Part shown: piece after piece, positions 36,726 to 44,384 of the stretch
Numbering within the stretch: position 1 is the first letter of the stretch
Layout of the letters: every line of letters starts with the position of its first letter
Source of the DNA: Deltaproteobacteria bacterium
GTDB lineage: Bacteria > Desulfobacterota_D > UBA1144 > Nemesobacterales > UBA2774
Length of the DNA: 46,504 bases
Direction of reading: 5' to 3'
NCBI GenBank assembly: GCA_029262255.1
Contig: JAJCZT010000017.1
Coordinates: 1-46,504 of the forward strand
The notes under the pieces: model-generated
Databases searched by the model: none
What the model saw: only the letters and a program-made list of their open reading frames with translations
What the model was told of the DNA's origin: nothing
Position numbers and translations under genes: made by a program

Positions 36726-37391
36726 ATGGATAGGATAGCAAAATATATATTGAAGCCGTTTGTTCTTTTTATCTGTTTTTATTTGGTATCATGCGCGACC
36801 ATTACAGTTAACGTCTATTTCCCCGCAGAAGAGGTAAGGGACGCGTATTCAAGCCTGGAAGAAGAATTTTTAGAGCAGGATGGGGAAGACGCATCTAATT
36901 CCGAGCAAACACCCGAGAGCCAAACAGTACAGCCTACCCCCAAGCCGCAGAGCCGCAACGTATACCCCGATGGGCCTGCAGTATCTGAGACAAAGGTTGT
37001 CGTAATCAAGAGAGAAATATCACTTGATTTTAGTAACTATGCATGGGCTCAGGGAAATATTTCTGAGCAAATCGCTCAGAAGATAAGAGCAATGCCCGAG
37101 GTTATAAATGCCTATAAAAGCAGGGCTAAACGCAAAAATATAATAAACAGCCTACTCTCCCAGAAAAAAGTGGTAGAAGGCTCTCAAGGGCTGCTGGTTA
37201 AAAAAGGTTCTCTCACAGCTTCGGAGACAAAAGCGTTTAATGCTGAAAATGTTGATAGAAAAACAATTATTCAGGGTATGGCAAGAGCTATTGTGGAGAT
37301 AAATAACCTCGATCCTACACCTGAGAATATCAATAAAGTCCTCCCTGAAGCAGCGCGTCAATTCGCCAGTGTAAGGAGAAGCGAAAGATAA
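36726..37391 (+). CDS. lipoprotein with C-terminal YdbL (DUF1318)-like domain
   Basis: The start is set at ATG 36726, which has an AGAGGTGA Shine-Dalgarno. The lipobox is YLVSC. An acidic, Pro-rich linker leads to a C-terminal region, VVEGSQGLLVKKGSLTASETKAFNAENVDRKTIIQGMARAI, resembling the G.vGE..G.L....v.aEN.dR..iy..iA pattern of YdbL. Confidence 0.55.
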   Translation: MDRIAKYILKPFVLFICFYLVSCATITVNVYFPAEEVRDAYSSLEEEFLEQDGEDASNSEQTPESQTVQPTPKPQSRNVYPDGPAVSETKVVVIKREISLDFSNYAWAQGNISEQIAQKIRAMPEVINAYKSRAKRKNIINSLLSQKKVVEGSQGLLVKKGSLTASETKAFNAENVDRKTIIQGMARAIVEINNLDPTPENINKVLPEAARQFASVRRSER

Positions 37392-38452
37392 AATTATTTC
37401 TGTCCCCGTTTATATTATTTTTTCTTTTTTGTGTCCCTGCGTTGTTGTTCGCACAGCCCGCACAAGAGGAAACTTATATTGACTGCTCAATCCCAGAGAC
37501 AGTTAGAGGAGATCGGCCTGATCCCGAGGGTACCAAAACACCCGTTAAAATGGGGCTTTATCTAATAGATGTTAAAGATATAAATGACATCAAGCAAAAT
37601 TATACTGCTGACGTGTTTTTTAATATAAGCTGGCATGACCCGCGCTTATCACAAGATTCACTTGGCAGATCACTTGAAGGCTGTGTCATTAAACTTGATA
37701 ATATTTGGAGTCCGTCAATTTTGGACGTCAACAGGGGGAGAGGAGATAAGCTTTTTGACAGGGTTGCCACAGTTGATGCTAAAGGGAATGCAAACTATAA
37801 GCAGCGCTACTTCGGCGAGATTACTTCTGATCTTGATTTTACGGATTTCCCTTTTGATAACCAGACCTTACATTTTATTCTTATAGCTTATGGCCCTGAT
37901 GCCACAGATATAGTCTTTGAAGTAGATAATGATTATACGGGCTCACGTGATAATTTCTCTGTAGAAGGGTGGTCTGTAAAGCTTCTTGGAGCGGAAACTA
38001 AAACAGAACAAGTTGTAACCAAAGGCTCTGAGCCCCATCGCGAGTTTGCTCGCATAGACTTTCAGATCTCTGCCGAGAGGCAAAAGCCCTATTACATATG
38101 GAAGGTAATAACCCCGCTATGTTTGATAGTATTGATGGCTTGGGCTGTGTTCTGGATTGACCCCAAGCATCTTGGTCCTCAGGTGGGTCTTTCAACGGCT
38201 ACCGTATTTACTTTAATCGCCTACAGGTTCACACTTGGCTTTAATCTTCCTAAAGTCTCCTACTTCACGCGAATTGATAGTTTTGTATTATTCTCAACGA
38301 TTTTGGTCTTTATAGCTTTAGGCACCGCTATTGCTACCAGTAAAATTTCATCTGACGGCGGGAACCCACTGGCTAAAAAAATAGAAAAATATATGAGAGT
38401 GATCTACTTAATTGCTTTTGTGAGTATAATTGTTTTTACGTTGTGGTTATAA
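37388..38452 (+). CDS. prokaryotic pentameric ligand-gated ion channel (GLIC/ELIC family); start codon uncertain (ATA 37388 proposed, first canonical codon TTG 37442)
   Basis: The extracellular-domain motifs are VKMGLYLIDVKDIND..YTADVFFNISWHDPRL, IWSPSILDVN and the loop-7 signature FPFDNQTLHFILIAY. Four TM helices follow (YYIWKVITPLCLIVLMAWAVFWI, VGLSTATVFTLIAYRF, YFTRIDSFVLFSTILVFIALG, VIYLIAFVSIIVFTLWL). An in-frame signal peptide (KLFLSPFILFFLFCVPALLFA-QP) lies upstream of the first canonical start. Confidence 0.85.
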   Translation: MKLFLSPFILFFLFCVPALLFAQPAQEETYIDCSIPETVRGDRPDPEGTKTPVKMGLYLIDVKDINDIKQNYTADVFFNISWHDPRLSQDSLGRSLEGCVIKLDNIWSPSILDVNRGRGDKLFDRVATVDAKGNANYKQRYFGEITSDLDFTDFPFDNQTLHFILIAYGPDATDIVFEVDNDYTGSRDNFSVEGWSVKLLGAETKTEQVVTKGSEPHREFARIDFQISAERQKPYYIWKVITPLCLIVLMAWAVFWIDPKHLGPQVGLSTATVFTLIAYRFTLGFNLPKVSYFTRIDSFVLFSTILVFIALGTAIATSKISSDGGNPLAKKIEKYMRVIYLIAFVSIIVFTLWL

Positions 38453-38509
38453 TGTTTGGCAGGTAGGTATCCGTCTCAAAACAAAACATTTGTTTAAGAG
38501 GGTGAAATC

Positions 38510-39346
38510 ATGCGTAAAAATTTGATATTAGGATTATTAATTTTTTCTCTGTCATTTGTTCTGCCCGGTTGTGATGGTACAGGAGGAAGCAGCGGGGATA
38601 TATTACTTGAAGGGATTATCTCAAACTCTGCGCAGTTTGGTGAAATTACAGTAACTATCTTACAAGATAACACCAGACTGGGTAAAACTAAAGTAAGCTC
38701 TGAGGGTAACTTTGGCATACTTTTTAATTCATCGACCGGAGTGGTTACCTTAAGGTTTGAATCATCTACGTTCAATGCGGAAAGGCCTAACATTCAAGTA
38801 GTTGATCAAAGTGTAACAAATTTAAATATCACTCTTCAGCTAAACCCAACATTAATAATCATTGACCGCTGGCAGGTTTTCCAGGATCCCATATCACTCC
38901 GTGAGAGTAATGAGATACAATACAATGAAAGCCAGGCTGAGTTTAATTTAGATGCGGACGGCGGAAACTGTATATTTGCAACCGGTACTAGCCTGATATC
39001 ATACAGGGTAAAGAGCATCAATATAACAAATTGCAGAGAAGGTGTGAGAGCGCAGACTTCAGCCTCTATTATTCTGGAAGCGGATGAAAGCATAGTGATC
39101 TCCAGTAACAGAGATGCGATTGTAGCTATTGATGATGCGTTAGTCGAGGTAGGGCAGACCTCAAATCCTGTAAATAACACTATTGTAATTGAGTCGGCAA
39201 ACCAATTTGGTATAAACGCTTCAGGGAATTCAGTTGTTGATATCGATCCGCAAAACCAGTGTTCCATAAGCGGCGGCAGAAGGGCTCTTAATATAAACGG
39301 TAACGCCAGTGTTGATACGTCCAGTTGCACCCTTTCCGACGGATAA
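38510..39346 (+). CDS. lipoprotein with possible parallel beta-helix C-terminal region
   Basis: It has an AGAGGGTG Shine-Dalgarno, a signal peptide with lipobox-like LPGC, and a repetitive roughly 22-25-aa beta-strand pattern (ILEADESIVISSN / AIVAIDDALVEVG / NTIVIESANQFGINASGNSVVDID). Confidence 0.65.
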   Translation: MRKNLILGLLIFSLSFVLPGCDGTGGSSGDILLEGIISNSAQFGEITVTILQDNTRLGKTKVSSEGNFGILFNSSTGVVTLRFESSTFNAERPNIQVVDQSVTNLNITLQLNPTLIIIDRWQVFQDPISLRESNEIQYNESQAEFNLDADGGNCIFATGTSLISYRVKSINITNCREGVRAQTSASIILEADESIVISSNRDAIVAIDDALVEVGQTSNPVNNTIVIESANQFGINASGNSVVDIDPQNQCSISGGRRALNINGNASVDTSSCTLSDG

Positions 39347-39536
39347 TCTATTACACAAATCTTGCCCAACACTCGCTAACAATGTTCCAAAATGTTCGTT
39401 AATTAGCTGGACTGCCGGTGAGTTTGAGTTCAGTATTAATTCAGACAGTACAATTCCTTTATGTAACTTGCTTTCAGGTTTATAAATGGTTTATAGCTTA
39501 TTAGAAACGATTGATATTAATTTGGAGGGCTGAATT

Positions 39537-40226
39537 ATGTATCAGGCAGATAAATCCGGTTTCTTAAGACTTCTTCTGAGCTCGACAAAATACAAAATGT
39601 TCAACTTTATGGCATCTATTATTGTCTTGCTCATTCTTTCGGCTGTTATGCAAGAAGCCAAATTCGGATATCTCTTTCTCAATATGGCAAGCACTATAGT
39701 TTTTGTTTTGGGAGTATACACTGCGGGCAGAAACAAAAGAAATGTAATTATATTAATATTATTGGGGCTACCTTGGTTTCTCTCGGAATGGGTCTTTACT
39801 AAATCACCTGAAACTATTTTCGCAAGCATGTTATTCTTCTTATTTATAACGGGAACAATTACAGACCATATTCTGCGTTCTGAGGAAGTATCTACCGACA
39901 CGTTATACGGAGCAGTTTGTGTGTACTTACTATTAGGCTTGCTATGGGCTTCTATCTATGGCTTTCTTGAATATATTTCGCCCGGAATCATCTTTGTTAC
40001 TAATAATTCTGACGTTGTTAAGCATCTGACTACTAACGAAATTATATATTACAGCTATACAACCCTAACCACTTTGGGTTACGGAGATGTTACCGCCTTA
40101 ACGTCTGAAGGGAGAATTGCCTCCGTACTTGAAGCCATTGTAGGGCAGTTGTTTCTTGCATTTTTAGTAGCGCGCCTGGTTGCAATATACACTGCGAATG
40201 CATTGAGAAAGAAATCCGGTTCATAA
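39537..40226 (+). CDS. potassium channel family protein (pore domain TTLGYGD preceded by about four extra TM helices)
   Basis: The selectivity filter YYSYTTLTTLGYGDV lies between two TM helices. No voltage-sensor Arg ladder and no RCK/TrkA domain is present. GGAGGG lies 8 nt upstream of the start. Confidence 0.85.
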   Translation: MYQADKSGFLRLLLSSTKYKMFNFMASIIVLLILSAVMQEAKFGYLFLNMASTIVFVLGVYTAGRNKRNVIILILLGLPWFLSEWVFTKSPETIFASMLFFLFITGTITDHILRSEEVSTDTLYGAVCVYLLLGLLWASIYGFLEYISPGIIFVTNNSDVVKHLTTNEIIYYSYTTLTTLGYGDVTALTSEGRIASVLEAIVGQLFLAFLVARLVAIYTANALRKKSGS

Positions 40227-40829
40227 ATTAAAATTTAGTATTGAATAGGACTGAATTAAGTCATATCCGAAAAATAGATAGCAGAATTTAATCGAAAAAG
40301 CTAAAAACAGTATCGGTGCAAATACCAAGACAGGGAATCGTTTCATTCCGCATGCCGCATACAATATATCAAACGGTATTGGTGATGCCGCCCCGGTAAA
40401 CAAGATCAAACTTACAACCCAAATTGAACGTCCCTTGGTCCATGGGTGATTTTCAATATTCGGAAAGTTTCTCTGAACAAATTTGGATTTCCCGAAAAAT
40501 CTGGCAATAAAGTATGTGATTGTTGAACCTGTCACTGAACCTAAACTTATTACCAGTATTAACCTCAGGGGCTCATAGCCCAGCATTGAACCCAACACAG
40601 CGTATATCCAGACCGGTAAAGCAAGCGGAGTGCTGCTTAGGGTTGTTATAAAATATAGAATAAAGTCTATCCTGTCCTGTCCGTACCTAAATAGTAAAGT
40701 TTGACCGATACTAACAATTTCTTCTCGGTATATAAGTGGGAGCACAATGCTTGTGATTACCATCAGCACTGTGATCATTAAGGTTATATTAATTGCGCTG
40801 GAAAAGTTACGTAATTTTTGAGATATCAT
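40221..40829 (-). CDS. VTT-domain (DedA/TVP38-TMEM64-like) membrane protein
   Basis: This polytopic membrane protein carries GSVTGSTITYFIARFFGKSKF and SPIPFDILYAACGMKRFPVLVF, which resemble DedA/VTT motifs. Its stop overlaps the convergent K-channel gene by 6 nt. Confidence 0.55.
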   Translation of the reverse strand: MISQKLRNFSSAINITLMITVLMVITSIVLPLIYREEIVSIGQTLLFRYGQDRIDFILYFITTLSSTPLALPVWIYAVLGSMLGYEPLRLILVISLGSVTGSTITYFIARFFGKSKFVQRNFPNIENHPWTKGRSIWVVSLILFTGAASPIPFDILYAACGMKRFPVLVFAPILFLAFSIKFCYLFFGYDLIQSYSILNFNL

Positions 40830-40990
40830 CTTTTACAATAAGAAAAATATATTTTGTCAGAGTAAAATTAACCAATTGCGTGCAAATAGTTAAGGCCTTG
40901 TTATTGGTGCTCGTATATTTCCTCACTTTAAGAGGCTCGCGACCTGCAGAATCAAAAATTATAGCTTTTTCCGCACACCCCTGCTAATTT

Positions 40991-41017
40991 GTCATTCTGA
41001 ATTTATTTCAGAATCCC
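40991..41017. repeat. solitary copy of the GTCATTC...GAATC palindromic element
   Basis: The sequence is GTCATTCTGAAtttatTTCAGAATCCC. It has a perfect 8-bp stem (ATTCTGAA/TTCAGAAT) and is identical over 21 nt to copy B at 2755. Confidence 0.7.
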
Positions 41018-41138
41018 ATCTTTGGATTGTTCTTCCTCCCCCTTCATTTCTCCTAGATTCTCAATGGGGAGCAGTATATCAGAAAAATATCTGATCTTGA
41101 AACTTGATTAATAGTTTTGTTCTGGTTGAATATCTAGT

Positions 41139-42158
41139 ATGAGCAAACGTAAAGTTGTACTTATTCCGGGGGACGGAATTGGTCCTAATATTTCAAATGC
41201 AGTTAAAAAAGTCGTAGCCGCTTCAGGCGCTGAAATAGACTGGATAGAGCGCAAAGCCGGTCTTTCGGCTCTTGAAGAAGGCTTAGATGTTCTTCCCGAT
41301 AGTACTATAGAGGCAATAAAAGAGCACAAAGTCGCCTTAAAAGGTCCTTGCACAACTCCGATTGGCGAGGGTTTTACTTCTGTAAACGTACAGCTTAGGA
41401 AAACATTGGATCTGTACGCGGCAGTGAGGCCGGTTAGGAATCTCAGTGGTGTGAAGACTCGTTATTCAGGGGTAGATATTGTAATTATCAGGGAGAATAC
41501 CGAGGGTTTATATAGCGGTGTGGAAAACACCGTAACGCCAGGGGTCGTTATGACTATGAAGGTTGCAACAGAGAGGGCCTGCTACCGTATTGCTAAAAAG
41601 GCTTTTGAATATGCCCGCAAGAGGGGAAGAAAAAAAGTCACTGTTTTTCACAAAGCGAATATCATGAAATTGACAGACGGTCTTTTTATTAGAAAGTCCA
41701 AGGAAGTGAGTGAGCAATACAGAGATATTGAGTATCAAGAAGTAATTATTGATGCCGGCTGCATGAAATTAGTCCAAGACCCCACTCAATTTGATATCCT
41801 CCTTCTTGAGAATTTGTACGGGGATTTGTTGAGTGATCTGTGCGCCGGTCTTGTTGGCGGGCTTGGAGTCGTACCCGGGTCCAATATCGGGGAATCCGAG
41901 GCAGTCTTTGAAGCCGTTCACGGCTCCGCACCTGATATCGCGGGTAAAAATATTGCAAATCCCCTGGCTCTTCTGATGTCTTGCGTGATGATGTTGAATT
42001 ACCTTGCTGATAATGAGGGTATAGAGGATTTCAGACACTGTGCAGACAAGATTAAAGAAGCGTATAACAAAGCTCTGGGAGAGGGTGCGAAAACTCGCGA
42101 TCTTGGCGGGAAACTTGGTACTCAGGAGTTTGCCCAGGCAATTATAGAGAGGATGTAG
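41139..42158 (+). CDS. isocitrate dehydrogenase (NAD-type) / homoisocitrate dehydrogenase, isocitrate-isopropylmalate dehydrogenase family
   Basis: VVLIPGDGIGPNI, TTPIGEGFTSVNVQLRKTLDLYAAVRPV, NLYGDLLSDLCAGLVGGLGVVPGSNIG and HGSAPDIAGKNIANP are present. At 339 aa it matches the short IDH3-like subfamily. Confidence 0.8.
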   Translation: MSKRKVVLIPGDGIGPNISNAVKKVVAASGAEIDWIERKAGLSALEEGLDVLPDSTIEAIKEHKVALKGPCTTPIGEGFTSVNVQLRKTLDLYAAVRPVRNLSGVKTRYSGVDIVIIRENTEGLYSGVENTVTPGVVMTMKVATERACYRIAKKAFEYARKRGRKKVTVFHKANIMKLTDGLFIRKSKEVSEQYRDIEYQEVIIDAGCMKLVQDPTQFDILLLENLYGDLLSDLCAGLVGGLGVVPGSNIGESEAVFEAVHGSAPDIAGKNIANPLALLMSCVMMLNYLADNEGIEDFRHCADKIKEAYNKALGEGAKTRDLGGKLGTQEFAQAIIERM

Positions 42159-42186
42159 GCAGTATTTACACCCTTAAGATTTATTG

Positions 42187-43143
42187 CTAGGGATTGAGAT
42201 TAGATTTTAATACTCTTAAGAAATTCCCGCTCATGATTTTTGCGACCCGATCTTCCGAATAACCCTTCGCAGCAAAAAACTCAGCAATCTTAGGAAGATC
42301 TGCTACTGTTTTGAGCCCTTGTGGGAAATCCCCTATCCTTGCCCCATCCATATCGCTTCCAATTCCTACATGGTCTTCCCCGCAAAGGTTCACCATATAA
42401 TCCGCATGAGCGAATACTTCATCAAGCGTCGGGGTCTTATCTCCGATCTTAAGAAAATAATTGTACAGCACTATCCCTGTAACACCGCCCCTTTCAGAGA
42501 TTGCTCTGAGTTGCTCGTCCCTCAAGTTCCTCGGGTGGTCGGTGACAGCTCTGGCATTGGAGTGAGTGGCTACGGGTATAAGATTGGTAAGCTCAACCGC
42601 CTCCCGGAAACACTTCTCGTTAAGATGCGATAAGTCCAGAGTAATGCCCAACTCATTCATCCTATTAATTAACCGGACCCCCTCTTGGGATAATCCGTCC
42701 TCAGTGTCATTGCCCGATGCGTATTGGTTTTTATCGTTCCATGCAAGCCCTATCACCCTTACCCCTCTATCGTAGAACTCATCCAATTTATCCACTTCTT
42801 CAATTGGATCGGCTCCTTCCATTAGAGTTAAAAACCCAATCTTAGAGCCCTGTCCGAATCTAGATAGATCTTCCCTTGTTCTGATCTGATACACGTCGTT
42901 GTGGAATTCATCGTAAATCTCGTCGTATTTATTAAGCTGCTCAAGTGCGGATTGGACGGTTTTCTCCGGTTTTTGTTTCGGGTGTACGAATACCGTGTTA
43001 AATACCAACCTGACGTTTCCCTCTTTAAGCCCCGGGAGCGTGATCATGCACGGAGTGCGTGGGGTTACAAAATCCCTTTTGAAGTAATTTAAGTGGAATG
43101 CTATATCTTCGTGCGCGTCTACTATTAAGAATTTTTTTGACAT
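42187..43143 (-). CDS. membrane (renal-type) dipeptidase, peptidase family M19
   Basis: The metal ligands are present in VDAHEDIAF, FLTLMEGADPI, DLSHLNEK, ATHSNARAV and GIGSDMDG. The gene starts 5 nt after the upstream stop. Confidence 0.85.
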   Translation of the reverse strand: MSKKFLIVDAHEDIAFHLNYFKRDFVTPRTPCMITLPGLKEGNVRLVFNTVFVHPKQKPEKTVQSALEQLNKYDEIYDEFHNDVYQIRTREDLSRFGQGSKIGFLTLMEGADPIEEVDKLDEFYDRGVRVIGLAWNDKNQYASGNDTEDGLSQEGVRLINRMNELGITLDLSHLNEKCFREAVELTNLIPVATHSNARAVTDHPRNLRDEQLRAISERGGVTGIVLYNYFLKIGDKTPTLDEVFAHADYMVNLCGEDHVGIGSDMDGARIGDFPQGLKTVADLPKIAEFFAAKGYSEDRVAKIMSGNFLRVLKSNLNP

Positions 43144-43148
43144 ATGAT

Positions 43149-44375
43149 TTAAGAATAAAACGCCAGGCTTGCAAAACTTACTACAGAGCCCGTGTCCGGC
43201 TCAAGAGCCTGGTCATAATCCAGAAGTTTTCCTTTTTCCGCGTTGATGGTACTCAGAGTTGCGTAAATAGATGAAAGACCGCAAATTTTTCTCCAGTCCT
43301 TTTCCTCTTCTATAGATCTGTAAAAACCCTCGGCATCTAATTTCTCGCTATATTTTAAACTGTTCATATCTCTTTCTTTTATACGGCTAAGTGTTAGATC
43401 ATTTACCGCTTCCTTGTCTCCAAATTTAGGTCCCACGTGAGCCATATCCACGCCCGCAATGATAAATACTCTATTGCCCATCTCACGTATTATGTTTCCT
43501 AGGGAGTCCAGAAAAAGTGATACCCTTTTATCTTCTCTAGGCGACTTTCCTTCCTGTACCAGATTAAAAAATGAATTACACAATATTGGGACAATCTTAT
43601 ATTCTTCTTTCTTTTTAAGAACATACTGGAGAAACGCAACCTGAAATTCAATCGAATGCTCGGTGCGGTGGGCAAGCTCCCCTTCGAATAGATCCCATGG
43701 GCATGTATTGGCAATTTTATCTATAATCTCACCGTCGGTTTCTGATACTCCCAATGGGGTTTCAAAATTTTTCCTTGTTAGAATAAATGGGTTGTCGACC
43801 TCTGCGTAGTGTGAAGTGCCAAAAATTATATATGTATCAGCCTCACAATTTTCATCCAGTTCCCTGTAAGCCTTGGCATATAGGTGTCCGCCTCTCGTAA
43901 AATCGATATGTGGAGAGATTAAGCCCCTGAGTTTGCCTTTAGGCTTTGAGTAGGGTTCTTTTTCCTGATCTTCTTTGAAAAATTTCTCAAACCACTTGTT
44001 TAATTCATCAGCCTCATCAGGATATGAAAGCCCGGCATGGCTTGAAGCTCTTGTTTCCGACAAATTAAAATCCTCAACTATTTGGTTCTTAAATTCTTTG
44101 AATTTCTCACTGTCTAAAAAAAGAGCATCATCAAGCTGACTAATTAAGCGCTCCAATTCATCCGAGGGGACACTCTCGCCAAATTTCTCTTTACATTTCT
44201 TTTGTATATCTTGGGTAGAGTTTTTGCCGTCAAAGAGACTGATTATAAAAATAGTCTCCTTGGAAACCAGAAGCACCTTATCGCTTAAGCTGTTTGGGTC
44301 CCTTAAACAAATAACTCTCTGCCCTTTGTGCTCAACAGGGAACGCTTCTATTGGATTTAGTTTGGGATATTCCAT
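43149..44375 (-). CDS. Memo-family (AmmeMemoRadiSam system protein B-like) protein with about 100-130-aa N-terminal extension
   Basis: The Memo/LigB-like core motifs are LISPHIDFTRGGHLYAKAY, YIIFGTSHY and IIAGVDMAHVGPKFGD. The N-terminal region resembles PqqD/RRE domains (see findings). Confidence 0.75.
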   Translation of the reverse strand: MEYPKLNPIEAFPVEHKGQRVICLRDPNSLSDKVLLVSKETIFIISLFDGKNSTQDIQKKCKEKFGESVPSDELERLISQLDDALFLDSEKFKEFKNQIVEDFNLSETRASSHAGLSYPDEADELNKWFEKFFKEDQEKEPYSKPKGKLRGLISPHIDFTRGGHLYAKAYRELDENCEADTYIIFGTSHYAEVDNPFILTRKNFETPLGVSETDGEIIDKIANTCPWDLFEGELAHRTEHSIEFQVAFLQYVLKKKEEYKIVPILCNSFFNLVQEGKSPREDKRVSLFLDSLGNIIREMGNRVFIIAGVDMAHVGPKFGDKEAVNDLTLSRIKERDMNSLKYSEKLDAEGFYRSIEEEKDWRKICGLSSIYATLSTINAEKGKLLDYDQALEPDTGSVVSFASLAFYS

Positions 44376-44384
44376 AGTTTTTAT

